A stretch of 64,000 bases of DNA from IMG/VR virus record IMGVR_UViG_3300025117_000032, one strand, 5' to 3'. The notes beneath the pieces are model-generated. The model was not told the origin of the DNA. It saw nothing but the letters and a program-made list of their open reading frames with translations, and did not search any database. Of the stretch, positions 1-9,204 are shown piece by piece. This stretch comes from a virus. A program made the position numbers and the translations under genes. Numbering within the stretch: the first letter of the stretch is position 1; every line of letters starts with the position of its first letter.

Positions 1-1149
1 TAAGCCCTTTCCAGAATTCGGTCCAAAGTCTCCAACAACTGGAATGTCTCCCCCGTCTGCAAATAACATGAAATCCATGGTGAAGGTTCTCTCTGCCCTT
101 TGGTATGTGTATATGTCCTCACTTCTGTTTATTAGGGAGATACTATTCCAGGAAGCAGAATCTTCTTCGTTGATGCTTTCAATGTATGCCGGGAAACTCA
201 TAGTTTTTCCATTGGCTAGGTTCATAATTTTGAAATCAAACCCAGGTGCCTCTAAATCAGAGGGTTTGTACTCTGGACCCCCAAACCTATTTGGTAAATA
301 TTTGTTCCCGTATGTTCCACCAAAGCTGGGTCCAAATTTTGGTATGATTGGTAGTTTAATCGGTCCAGTTGGGATTGGGAATTTGATTGTTCCGTTTCCA
401 CCTTGGTTTGTTAAGGCTTTTTTGAGTTGACTTGATGGGTCAAGTGAACCAATATCAGAAAAGAAACTTTCAACATTACCAAATATCTTTGATGTATCAA
501 GTAAGTTTGTTCCCAAAAACGACTGTTCCTTGGATAGTCTGTTGCCTTTCAATTGATGCAATTTTGCTAACATCGAATGCTCTATTGCTGTCTGGGTGTT
601 GGTTACAACCGATGCTCTCCTTATGGAATCGATCATCATGCTTGCTGGTATCTCTTCAAACGGTCCAACCGTTCTAGCCATCAAAGCTTGAAGCTGTTGG
701 ATAGAAGCTTCCACCGCAGAATCTTTTGCCTCATTCAAAAAGTTACCCAAGGTTTCGGTTGGATTCTGGATAAGTGCAACCGTATCTTCCACAATGTTGT
801 CAATTCCAAAGCTAGAAAGGGATAGACTCCCAAGTACGTTTCCTATGGCATCACCAAGATCATCAACCGATGGTAACAATTGGGGTTTGTTGTTGGACTT
901 GTTTTCCTCAAGCTTCTTTTTTCTCTCATCTTCTGTTCCAATTCGCTCCCAAATTGTGTCATATTGTTTGAACATGGTTGACAAAGCTTCATAAGCTATT
1001 GCCGATCTTTCCACAATGGTACTTTCGTTAACATATCTGTCAACAACCTCGAAAATTTCCCCAATCAAACTTGTATTTTCATCATAAGTGTCAACAATAG
1101 GGTGTCTTCCACCTAGCAAGCTATCATCAATTTTGCGATCAGACATCAT
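1..1149 (-). CDS. Tail/baseplate-associated protein, 3'-truncated by window edge
   Basis: ATG at 1149 after AGGAGA RBS; both ends read in the same frame (…FKIMNLANGKTMSFPAYIESINEEDSASWNSISLINRSEDIYTYQRAERTFTMDF…), resembling tube-initiator/baseplate proteins that follow tape measures. Middle not checked codon by codon; absent from ORF track, presumably because it has no stop. Confidence 0.55.
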   Translation of the reverse strand, partial: MMSDRKIDDSLLGGRHPIVDTYDENTSLIGEIFEVVDRYVNESTIVERSAIAYEALSTMFKQYDTIWERIGTEDERKKKLEENKSNNKPQLLPSVDDLGDAIGNVLGSLSLSSFGIDNIVEDTVALIQNPTETLGNFLNEAKDSAVEASIQQLQALMARTVGPFEEIPASMMIDSIRRASVVTNTQTAIEHSMLAKLHQLKGNRLSKEQSFLGTNLLDTSKIFGNVESFFSDIGSLDPSSQLKKALTNQGGNGTIKFPIPTGPIKLPIIPKFGPSFGGTYGNKYLPNRFGGPEYKPSDLEAPGFDFKIMNLANGKTMSFPAYIESINEEDSASWNSISLINRSEDIYTYQRAERTFTMDFMLFADGGDIPVVGDFGPNSGKGL

Positions 1150-3564
1150 TTATCTCCTTGCAGATGGGATCAATTTGATAACCCTCTTTGAAATTTTATC
1201 CACCAAAACATCCCCATCCAATTTTACTTCTGTTTTCAATTCAACGGGAATGTATTCCATTTGTTTGTTCATTACTACAGTCAAACCCCTTATGGCGTTG
1301 GTTAATTCGTTGGTCGAAAGATCCATGTGCTGTGTCTTTGGTGAAGCTGGGGTTGAGTTAAAAATCCCCCCTGTTGCAACCATGGCACCATATCCGCCGG
1401 CCATTGCAAACATACTAGCACCAATCTTGAATGGGTTTGATTCAGATAGGATGGTTGCTAAGTTGCCTATGTTCTCAAGAGACTTGTTAAACACTTCCCC
1501 TATGGGAACAAACTTTGTCATTGCCGAACCAAGCAACCACATGGCTCCAGACATAACACCAATTGCGATTGACCCACCAAGGATTGCTGGGGATATTGTA
1601 CTTAACAATGCAGCTATAGCACCAAGCCCTGCAATTCCAGCGGTCATAATACCAAGTTCTTTCCATCCAACATTAGCTTTCTTTAGTTTACTTAGAGCAT
1701 CACTCATTATCCACACAGCACCAGCTAAGATCAACATTGCTGCTGCTCCTGCTAACCATTGTTTGGCTTGTGCTGCCATCATCTTTGAATTGAAAGCCCC
1801 TTGGTTTGTGAATCTTCCAGTAGCAGGATCTCTCATTTGCGATGCACCCATTGTCCTACTTGCTTGTCCAGGTACCCTTGGTTGTCTTGTTGATCTTGCT
1901 ACATTTGGGTTAACTATTTGGGCACGATTTGTTAGTCTTCCGGTTGCTGGATCTCTAACTTGGTGTATTTCTTTTCCACTAAAGGTAGAGAAAAGTCTTG
2001 ATACCCTTCCTCCCCTACTTACCTTCCCTAGTTGTTTTTGCTTCCACATGGAAAAACCATCTGGCCCAAGATTAGATGCTCCAGCCAAACCATGCTTATA
2101 GACATTAAGTTTTCCAGCAACGAATTGTTTTACTTTCCAGGCTTTATCAAATACAAACCAAGCAATTGCAGCCCCGGTTAAGGTCTTCACCAGTGTTTCG
2201 TTTTTCATTGCCCAACCAACAAGTTTCCCCAACAGACTTACGATTGGTGCTACTGCCCACCATATACCTTGCACCAAAGGAGAAACAATATCAAATATTG
2301 CTGTTGAAAATTCCTTAAGGGGTTGCTTAAAACCAGACAACAATTTAGTTATGAACCCAACACCTTTTTGAATTGCTGGAAATGCTTTTTCAGCTAGTGA
2401 GTTGATGGTTGTTGCTAAGAGATTACTCAACGAAACCTTTATTTGGTTTAGGTAGTCCCTGTTTTCTCTTGCTAATGTTGTCATGTCAATCCACTTTTGG
2501 GAAGACATACCAGTGTTCATAGCTATTCTCTTGGTTGCCTTTAGCAACTCTTCCCTATCTAGCCCAACCAATGGTGCCAAGTTATCAGCAATGTCTATTC
2601 CGATTTGAGAAATGTTTCCACTCTTATCAGTGTATCTTTGCATCTTATCAAGAACACGCTTCAACAACATTGTGGAATCTCCACCCCTAGCAGACGCCAT
2701 CAATGCTCTCATGTCTATATTCATACCAAACCTAGAAGCCGTCACCGTTGCTTGCATAGCTTCCTGGAAATTCCTATACTTGTCTGTTGCCCCCACAACT
2801 TTTTCCAGGTTAACTCCGGCTCTCTCTGCAAAGATAGCCATGTCTTTTACGTTGCTCATACCAACCTTGGATGATATGTTGAATTTGTACATATACTTGG
2901 CAATACCAGAAACTTGCTTCATGACTTCAATGTAGTTTAAGTTGTATTGCCCAGAAGATTCCACCAACCTGTTTGACCAATCAGTTATTCCCTTGGCGTC
3001 TTTTTTTCCGAACATAACAAGGGATCCAACCAATTCGGAAGCATCGCTACCCTTTAGATCAAACACATCACCGATCAAGGCTGTGGTGGAGGTTAGGTCT
3101 TTGATGTTGAAGGGTGTTTGTATGTTTCTGAATTCAGAATACAGTCCCTTGAATGCTTCATAGTTATCGTTTAGGGTGAACCCATATTCAGATAGAAGTT
3201 CATGCTGCCTCATTAGACCACTTAAGAATCCGGTCTGTCTGTCAATGGTTATACCCATTTCCTTACCAAGCAAAACCTTTACACCAACTATTTCACTACC
3301 CAAGTGGGCAATAGAATCCGCGACAGAAGACAGAGACAAGATTTTGATTGGTTCCTTGACAAAGAATTTTAGCTGGTCTGTTATGGTTTGCTTGGTGGAT
3401 TTTATACCTTGAGCATGTCTTTTTGTTATCGCATCAAAGGCAAGTATCCCAGCCATGAACATACCAGCACTACTCTTGAATGTCTGGGATGATTTCTTCA
3501 TCTTATCCGAAGACTTAGACAACTCTTCAAACGCATCTTGATTGCCAATATTTTCAAAGTCCAT
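1150..3564 (-). CDS. Tape measure protein
   Basis: ~800 aa helical, Ala/Gly-rich with hydrophobic C-terminal segments; likely start MDFENIG at 3564 after AGGAGA; tail module context. Confidence 0.75.
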   Translation of the reverse strand: MDFENIGNQDAFEELSKSSDKMKKSSQTFKSSAGMFMAGILAFDAITKRHAQGIKSTKQTITDQLKFFVKEPIKILSLSSVADSIAHLGSEIVGVKVLLGKEMGITIDRQTGFLSGLMRQHELLSEYGFTLNDNYEAFKGLYSEFRNIQTPFNIKDLTSTTALIGDVFDLKGSDASELVGSLVMFGKKDAKGITDWSNRLVESSGQYNLNYIEVMKQVSGIAKYMYKFNISSKVGMSNVKDMAIFAERAGVNLEKVVGATDKYRNFQEAMQATVTASRFGMNIDMRALMASARGGDSTMLLKRVLDKMQRYTDKSGNISQIGIDIADNLAPLVGLDREELLKATKRIAMNTGMSSQKWIDMTTLARENRDYLNQIKVSLSNLLATTINSLAEKAFPAIQKGVGFITKLLSGFKQPLKEFSTAIFDIVSPLVQGIWWAVAPIVSLLGKLVGWAMKNETLVKTLTGAAIAWFVFDKAWKVKQFVAGKLNVYKHGLAGASNLGPDGFSMWKQKQLGKVSRGGRVSRLFSTFSGKEIHQVRDPATGRLTNRAQIVNPNVARSTRQPRVPGQASRTMGASQMRDPATGRFTNQGAFNSKMMAAQAKQWLAGAAAMLILAGAVWIMSDALSKLKKANVGWKELGIMTAGIAGLGAIAALLSTISPAILGGSIAIGVMSGAMWLLGSAMTKFVPIGEVFNKSLENIGNLATILSESNPFKIGASMFAMAGGYGAMVATGGIFNSTPASPKTQHMDLSTNELTNAIRGLTVVMNKQMEYIPVELKTEVKLDGDVLVDKISKRVIKLIPSARR

Positions 3565-3652
3565 GTGTATCTCCTGTTTCATATAAATAATGGGAACCAT
3601 AGAAAATGCGCCATATTTAATTGAGAAACCAACATTAAGGAGTTGATGCTTC

Positions 3653-4147
3653 ATGGCAATAGAAATGCTAAGACCCGTACCAATTAGTTCTGAGCCTAAA
3701 AGACAGAATAGGTTTTACCTAGACATACCTGGAATCACAGACGGAGAAAACTATTGGATGGTAAAGTCTGCCAATAGACCGACTGCCACAGTCAACGAAA
3801 CAGAAATACCATATATGAATACTAGTTCATGGGTTGCTGGTCGTTCAATCTGGGAACAATTGGATATTACATTCATCGATTGCATTGGTCCATCGACTTC
3901 CCAAAGAGTAATGGATTGGATAAGATCATGTATAGAACATTCAACTGGTAGAATGGCGTATGCCTCTAACTACAAGAAACAACTTTCATTGTACTTGCTT
4001 GATCCTGCTGGGGAAATAGCTGAGCAATGGACCTTGAACGGAGCCTGGGTAACAAACGGAAACTTTGGATCATTGGATTATAGTACAGAAGACCTAGCGG
4101 AAATAACAATCACGATAAGGTTTGACTACGCAGTGCTTAATTTTTAA
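3653..4147 (+). CDS. Tail tube protein, T4 gp19-like
   Basis: EPKRQNRF…W.VKSANRP…AGRSIWEQLDITF…YKK…LDPAGEIAEQWTLNGAW…FGSLDYS…ITITIRFDYA typical of gp19 family. Confidence 0.9.
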   Translation: MAIEMLRPVPISSEPKRQNRFYLDIPGITDGENYWMVKSANRPTATVNETEIPYMNTSSWVAGRSIWEQLDITFIDCIGPSTSQRVMDWIRSCIEHSTGRMAYASNYKKQLSLYLLDPAGEIAEQWTLNGAWVTNGNFGSLDYSTEDLAEITITIRFDYAVLNF

Positions 4148-4202
4148 ATTGTTTGTTTCCAACGAGTTACGAAGAAAAGCACAATCGAATGTAACTCTAA
4201 CA

Positions 4203-4235
4203 ATCCTCCTGCATATTTATTATGTGTAGGAGGAT
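4203..4235 (+). promoter_or_regulatory. Putative late promoter (ATATTTATT) within RBS-occluding hairpin
   Basis: ATCCTCCTGCATAT-TTATT-ATGTGTAGGAGGAT. Confidence 0.6.
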
Positions 4236-4241
4236 AAATTT

Positions 4242-5063
4242 ATGCAACATAAATGTTGGGTTTGCGAAAGCACATTTGAAAAATACGATTCACTTCGTAG
4301 GCATGTTGGTAGGGCGCACAAAATACATTCGTCCGAAGTGTATGTTAAAGTAAACCTTGATGGGGTCTATCCAATTTGCGCTTGTGGTTGTGGTGAAAAA
4401 TTGCCATGGACAAACAAGGGCTTTCTCAAATATATTCGCGGCCATGCATCTAGGGTGAACAACAATTGGGGTCACAATCCAAAGGCAGTTCAAAACTCAA
4501 CTGATACCAGAAGGGAACAATATAAAAGTGGCCTTAGAACGGTTTGGAATAAAGGTTTAACCAAAGAAGATCCTAGGGTTTTAAAATACATTGTTGGAAT
4601 GAACACAGAAGAAAGATCTAAGAAGATATCAGAAACAACAAAGGGAAAAAAGAAAACTGGAAAAGCTTTAATTGCTTCCAGAAACAATATACTAAACTTC
4701 CACAAAAGCAATCCAAAATATAGCGGGCTTGAAAATAAATTTGAGTTTATATTAGATAAGCTTGGTGTAAAGTATGAAAAGCAGAAACAATTGGTTTATG
4801 GAACTTTTGGGGTTAGAATTTATGATTTTTGTATTCCATCTAAGAATATTTTGATAGAAGTTGATGGTGATTATTGGCATTGCAATCCGTCTATTTTCCA
4901 AGATGGACCAATAAATAAAACCCAAACAGAAAATATAATAAACGATGCGTTGAAAGAAAAGTTGGCAAAGATAAGGGGATATACATTAATCAGGTTTTGG
5001 GAACAAGATATAGTAGACACACCAAATGCTATTTTTGATGATTTGTATGAGAAAATAAAGTGA
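4242..5063 (+). CDS. Homing-type endonuclease (Zn finger + DUF559/Vsr-like PD-(D/E)XK domain)
   Basis: CxxC…HxxxxH, CACGCG, WNKGLTKE, C-terminal YDF…LIEVDGDYWH…LIRFWE. Confidence 0.75.
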   Translation: MQHKCWVCESTFEKYDSLRRHVGRAHKIHSSEVYVKVNLDGVYPICACGCGEKLPWTNKGFLKYIRGHASRVNNNWGHNPKAVQNSTDTRREQYKSGLRTVWNKGLTKEDPRVLKYIVGMNTEERSKKISETTKGKKKTGKALIASRNNILNFHKSNPKYSGLENKFEFILDKLGVKYEKQKQLVYGTFGVRIYDFCIPSKNILIEVDGDYWHCNPSIFQDGPINKTQTENIINDALKEKLAKIRGYTLIRFWEQDIVDTPNAIFDDLYEKIK

Positions 5064-5503
5064 TGACTTACAAAAGAAAACGGAACCCTCATGCTTATGG
5101 TGTGAGGGTTTTGCTTAGGAAACGTCCTCAAAATAGCCTAGAAAAACGGTTTGAAAAGATCCTCATTGAATTGGGGGTTGACTACAAAAAGCAAGCCGTT
5201 GTTTGGGTGAGTTTAATCAGGGGTCACAAAAAATACAAAGTGTACGACTTCCAAATACCATCCAAAAAGATCCTCATTGAAATAGATGGAGACTATTGGC
5301 ATTGTAACCCCAAAAAATATCCAAACGGCCCCATAAACAGAGTCCAAAAAAGAAACATTCTGAATGATTCCATAAAAGACAGAGTTGCTATTGCGTATGG
5401 TTATCAATTAATCAGGATATGGGAAGACGATATCAATAACAACACAAAAAATGTAACCAAAAGCCTAAAGAAAGTTATTGGCAAAATAAATCTACCCACT
5501 TGA
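5060..5503 (+). CDS. DUF559/Vsr-like endonuclease
   Basis: YDFQIPSKKILIEIDGDYWH…LIRIWEDDI; paralogous to C-terminus of upstream ORF. Confidence 0.75.
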   Translation: MMTYKRKRNPHAYGVRVLLRKRPQNSLEKRFEKILIELGVDYKKQAVVWVSLIRGHKKYKVYDFQIPSKKILIEIDGDYWHCNPKKYPNGPINRVQKRNILNDSIKDRVAIAYGYQLIRIWEDDINNNTKNVTKSLKKVIGKINLPT

Positions 5504-5529
5504 TAATCCTGTCAACCTGTCAATTTTAG

Positions 5530-5781
5530 TCAAACTTCTGTGGTTTTCACCTTTTTTGTTGGCCTCTTTGGCTTTCCAACCTCTAGCTCTTCATTAGAAG
5601 CCTCTAGCTTGCCCTCTGCTGAATCTTCTGCCTTTGGCTGGGGCTTTGCTTCCACCTTTGCCTCTGGTTCGACAGGAGCCAACCCAGGGGTTTCACCTAT
5701 CACTTCTGGCCCGGCATGATCTTGAGCCAATTTTGCTCTCTGTCTCTCCCAACAACTCATCTTTGAACTGTATATTCCCAT
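5530..5781 (-). CDS. Hypothetical protein
   Basis: Packed behind 5783..6646; charged low-complexity 83 aa. Confidence 0.5.
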   Translation of the reverse strand: MGIYSSKMSCWERQRAKLAQDHAGPEVIGETPGLAPVEPEAKVEAKPQPKAEDSAEGKLEASNEELEVGKPKRPTKKVKTTEV

Positions 5782-5782
5782 T

Positions 5783-6646
5783 TTATACCTTACCTTTCTT
5801 CTCTAGTTTTCTCTTTACATCATATCTGATATCATATACAAGAGAAAATTTGCCATCTGTTGGGGAAGCTCCCCCAACCCATCTGAATTTTATTATCCTG
5901 TCTACCCAACCATTTGCGGATTCCCCATTAGCCTTGTATGACAGAACAGATTTTGCCAATTCTTTAGCATAACCCATAATGACATTCTCTCCAACTCCAC
6001 GGCCAGAATGTAGTTTCCTGAAATTGTCTCTAGATATACACAACTCTGGATCAATACTAAGATATACAACTGTTGTTGTGTATCCCTCTTGTTTTGCTTT
6101 CTTGAATCTTTCTGCTGCTTTCTTTACGTTTGTTCCTGTTGTGTCAATGATCAGTATATTTCCAGCCTTAACTATCTTTAAGTCAAACAAATCTTTTTCC
6201 ATTTTGATTGCTAATTCTCTGATATCAAAATAAACAGAATAGTATGGTTTGAAAAATGTCTTGACAAAGGTGTTAAGTCCACTGTCTTTGTTTTCTTTCC
6301 ACCAAGCCCAAGTTATCGGTAGTGCAATTGAACTCTTTGTGTATGGGTTATCATATCTTGTTGAGCGTGTGAATTCATCAAAATCATTTTGTGTCTTTAC
6401 GTTTTTTTCAATGTAATCATAGTGTTCTTTTGCTTTTTGATATTGAAGTGCCTTTACTTGTGCATCACTATTGCTAACACTGTATGATTTAAACCCAGCA
6501 ATATATTTACCCAAAATTCCACTACTGATAAGACTACTCTTTCCAGAAGCCGGAAGTCCCATCAACATTACACATTGCTTTCCCATGTCTGATTTGAATT
6601 CAAGCAAGCACTCTTTGATCAAATTTTTCAATTCAGTATGTTTCAT
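5783..6646 (-). CDS. P-loop kinase (zeta-toxin/AAA_33-like) with N-terminal leader
   Basis: Walker A MGLPASGKS, ILIIDTTG, VVYLSIDPELCISR…R…GRGV; N-term MKHTELKNLIKECLLE. Confidence 0.7.
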   Translation of the reverse strand: MKHTELKNLIKECLLEFKSDMGKQCVMLMGLPASGKSSLISSGILGKYIAGFKSYSVSNSDAQVKALQYQKAKEHYDYIEKNVKTQNDFDEFTRSTRYDNPYTKSSIALPITWAWWKENKDSGLNTFVKTFFKPYYSVYFDIRELAIKMEKDLFDLKIVKAGNILIIDTTGTNVKKAAERFKKAKQEGYTTTVVYLSIDPELCISRDNFRKLHSGRGVGENVIMGYAKELAKSVLSYKANGESANGWVDRIIKFRWVGGASPTDGKFSLVYDIRYDVKRKLEKKGKV

Positions 6647-6885
6647 TTTTTCTTTCCAGCTTTGGCAGCAGCTTCAACTGCCTTTTTTATGTTCTCTATC
6701 TCATTGACGGTTCTATCTATGAACCACTTTCTCTGGTAAACAGGTAACAACCTAGCATCCGACAAACTAAACTTGCCGTGAAAAACTAGCTGGAACAACT
6801 CTTCCAAGAGATACTTTTTATCATCAACTGTCAGGCCAAAAAAAGTTTTCCCGTAGGGGGATAACCTCCTTGGTTTCGTTTCCAC
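6643..6885 (-). CDS. gp51-like baseplate/tail assembly chaperone part (possibly expressed by frameshift)
   Basis: LLEELFQLVFHG.FSLSDARLLPVYQRKWF; overlaps gp26-like ORF end across a T7 run. Confidence 0.55.
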   Translation of the reverse strand: METKPRRLSPYGKTFFGLTVDDKKYLLEELFQLVFHGKFSLSDARLLPVYQRKWFIDRTVNEIENIKKAVEAAAKAGKKK

Positions 6886-7627
6886 AGAAGGTGCAAGTGG
6901 AATCCTGGACCATCATGATTCCAGGTTCAATTGAGTTAGCATACTTTCTGAATGCCTTGGTATCCTTGACAGGCATGGTGCTAACAAAACTTGTGATGGT
7001 TGCCAAATCGTTGTTACCATCAACCTCCTTGATCATAGCTTTTATCTTCAAGGATTCTGTTTGGTCAACATTTCCCCCAACCTTCTTCTTGATATCCTCA
7101 ACCTTCTTAACAATCTCTGATTCATCTCTTGCTGTCAAGAGTCTAAATCTAATCTTCTTGTTTGTCTGGGGAAGGGTCATAGAAAACAAACCATCACTAT
7201 CTGGGTCTTCTGCTAACTCTCTTACTTCCAACTTTGACAAGTCGAATTCCTTTTCGTACCTCTCTCCGCATTGCGAACACAACACTTGAACAGGATACTC
7301 CGCACCATATCCGGTTGACCTTAACCAAATGATGATTGCGTTTCTATCCCCAAGCAAAAAATCACCTGGGTCAATTGTCTTGTTCTTGAGGACACTCCTG
7401 ATAAGAACATCAAGCATCTTTCCACTTTGTAGCAAGTTTGGTGAAGTCAAAATGTCTTCTTCCCTTGCTGTCAAATAATGAACCTCAACACTACTCTTGC
7501 CAACCAATGTTCCGGTCTTGTATAGCAACCCCTTTGATGGTAATTCAATCACATCGAAAGGTATGTCAAAGACACTTGAGGAACCACCCTTTGGTTTTAT
7601 TTCGCCGGGTTTCATAACGTCATCCAT
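6824..7627 (-). CDS. Baseplate hub assembly protein, T4 gp26-like
   Basis: IELPSKGLLY…LTAREEDILTS…GDRNAI.IWLR…YG..Y…CSQC…CTFC…FFWP. Confidence 0.75.
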   Translation of the reverse strand: MDDVMKPGEIKPKGGSSSVFDIPFDVIELPSKGLLYKTGTLVGKSSVEVHYLTAREEDILTSPNLLQSGKMLDVLIRSVLKNKTIDPGDFLLGDRNAIIIWLRSTGYGAEYPVQVLCSQCGERYEKEFDLSKLEVRELAEDPDSDGLFSMTLPQTNKKIRFRLLTARDESEIVKKVEDIKKKVGGNVDQTESLKIKAMIKEVDGNNDLATITSFVSTMPVKDTKAFRKYANSIEPGIMMVQDSTCTFCGNETKEVIPLRENFFWPDS

Positions 7628-7642
7628 GTAACTCTCCTTTGG

Positions 7643-8002
7643 TTATTTCTTTTTCTTTTCTTGATACTTTTTTTCTAAACCTGGGTTTGTGAATGCTGCT
7701 TCGTTTGTTTCCTCGCTCTTTTCATTGAATCTGCTTGTCAACGATTTGAAGTCAAAATCCGATATGACATAAAACGTAAAGTCACCATACATCTTGAACT
7801 CATGCACAAACTTTCCACCCATGACACGCTTTCTGCCAACATTGGTTATGAACTTACTCTTCTTTGACATCATCTGTATGATCCTGTCAAACATGACCCA
7901 AGCCTTCAACGGAGCTTTCTTAGACTTAGCTTGTTCTGGACCCTCTTTGACAAGTTCCTTCTTACACTCAATAACTATTTTCTTCAACTCTGATTTCTTC
8001 AT
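7643..8002 (-). CDS. Hypothetical protein with MKKSELKK leader (putative internal head protein)
   Basis: MKKSELKKIVIECKKELVKE; RBS GAGGG. Confidence 0.6.
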   Translation of the reverse strand: MKKSELKKIVIECKKELVKEGPEQAKSKKAPLKAWVMFDRIIQMMSKKSKFITNVGRKRVMGGKFVHEFKMYGDFTFYVISDFDFKSLTSRFNEKSEETNEAAFTNPGLEKKYQEKKKK

Positions 8003-8020
8003 TGGTTTCCCTCTCTAGCG

Positions 8021-8293
8021 TTATTTATCGACAACTTTCACAACCTTTTTCCCAAACTGTTTCTTGTTTGTTGGTTTCTTGGTTGGCTTTCCTCTTTGCT
8101 TGTTTAAATAGTCGAGTTGTTCTTGACCACTCATAGGAACCAATCTCCCATTGATTGATTTGAACAAAGCTCTTCCACCCTTTCCATAATTCTTGCCACC
8201 AAGGAACTCAAGTCCCTTTTGCTTGATAACATCTTTTTTGTCGTACTCATTCAAGCATTCTCGAATGATCTTTTTCAATTCAGACTTTTTCAT
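8021..8293 (-). CDS. Hypothetical protein with MKKSELKK leader (putative internal head protein)
   Basis: Likely start at 8293 MKKSELKKIIRECLNE; basic C-terminus. Confidence 0.55.
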   Translation of the reverse strand: MKKSELKKIIRECLNEYDKKDVIKQKGLEFLGGKNYGKGGRALFKSINGRLVPMSGQEQLDYLNKQRGKPTKKPTNKKQFGKKVVKVVDK

Positions 8294-8340
8294 TGCTCTC
8301 TCTTGTTTAAATTGTGGGGCATATCCATAAGTTCCTTCAC

Positions 8341-9114
8341 TCAATAAATATCACTTGATTCCAGGATATGCTGGATGCCCTTGCTTTTTATATCACTTTC
8401 CCAAATCACCAAAAGTCTATATCCATGATCTATTGCACATTTTGTCTTTCTTTCATCTCTTTCAACCTTTATCACTTGTATTTTATCTCTTGGTTCTTTA
8501 TAAACACTTGGGTTACAATGCCAATAATCACCATTTACTTCTATCAATGTATTTTTGTTTGGGATGTATATGTCATACAAAAAATTTTCCACTCTAAATT
8601 GAGTTTCTATTTTTATTCCAGCTTCAATCAAATGCACACAAACATCGGTTTCTAGTTTTGAAACCTTATAGCCATTGGTTTTCATTTTTTCGATTCTTTT
8701 ACAACCCATTATTCTCTTTGATTCTTTAGTGTGCCTGCATCTTTTACCCTCCGCTCCAAACCCAACATTTCTCCCCTTCAATTTTTCAGATATTTTCTTT
8801 CTACTTTCTAGGTTTTTCATTGGGTTGTTTTCAATCAACCAATCAGAAACAAATTTACCTTGATCTTTATGTTTTTGGGGGCAGAAGTTTGAACAATATT
8901 TTTTGGGGGACATTTTGTAGGTTTCAAAAGCAATCCCACATTTACAAATTCGGTTCTCTTTACTGTTGGACTTTCTCCAAGTATACATGCAGGGTTTGGA
9001 ACAAAACCTTTGGTTCCTGTATTGCCAGGATTTTGGTGTAAATGGTTGCCCGCAATATTCACAAACTTTTTCATATGGTATTTTTGCTAACCCATAGCTT
9101 CCATCTCTTGACAT
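8341..9114 (-). CDS. Homing-type endonuclease (Zn ribbons, NUMOD3-like repeats, DUF559-like nuclease)
   Basis: CEYC…FCSKPC, ESRKKISEKLKG, HTKESK, YDIYIP…LIEVNGDYWH…LLVIWE. Confidence 0.75.
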   Translation of the reverse strand: MSRDGSYGLAKIPYEKVCEYCGQPFTPKSWQYRNQRFCSKPCMYTWRKSNSKENRICKCGIAFETYKMSPKKYCSNFCPQKHKDQGKFVSDWLIENNPMKNLESRKKISEKLKGRNVGFGAEGKRCRHTKESKRIMGCKRIEKMKTNGYKVSKLETDVCVHLIEAGIKIETQFRVENFLYDIYIPNKNTLIEVNGDYWHCNPSVYKEPRDKIQVIKVERDERKTKCAIDHGYRLLVIWESDIKSKGIQHILESSDIY

Positions 9115-9120
9115 AAAAAC

Positions 9121-9156
9121 TCTCCTTGCTTAATAATAAATATCAAACAAGGAGAG
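9121..9156 (-). promoter_or_regulatory. Putative late promoter within RBS-occluding hairpin
   Basis: TCTCCTTG…GATATTTATTA…CAAGGAGA. Confidence 0.55.
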
Positions 9157-9204
9157 AAAAAACTTTATTTTTTTATCAATTGCTCCAACTTAGTTTGTAA
9201 TCAA

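Noticed and set aside
44-3412. Plus-strand ORFs such as 1088..2101, and similar antisense ORFs across the window (9292..9954, 19331..19780, 58911..59783)
   Set aside because: Shadows of minus-strand genes or tRNAs; no RBS or recognisable motifs
8294-9114. Similar N-termini MSEGTYGYA (8344) and MSRDGSYGLA (9114) as a target-site duplication
   Set aside because: DNA similarity is weak and the true start of the downstream gene is probably 8293
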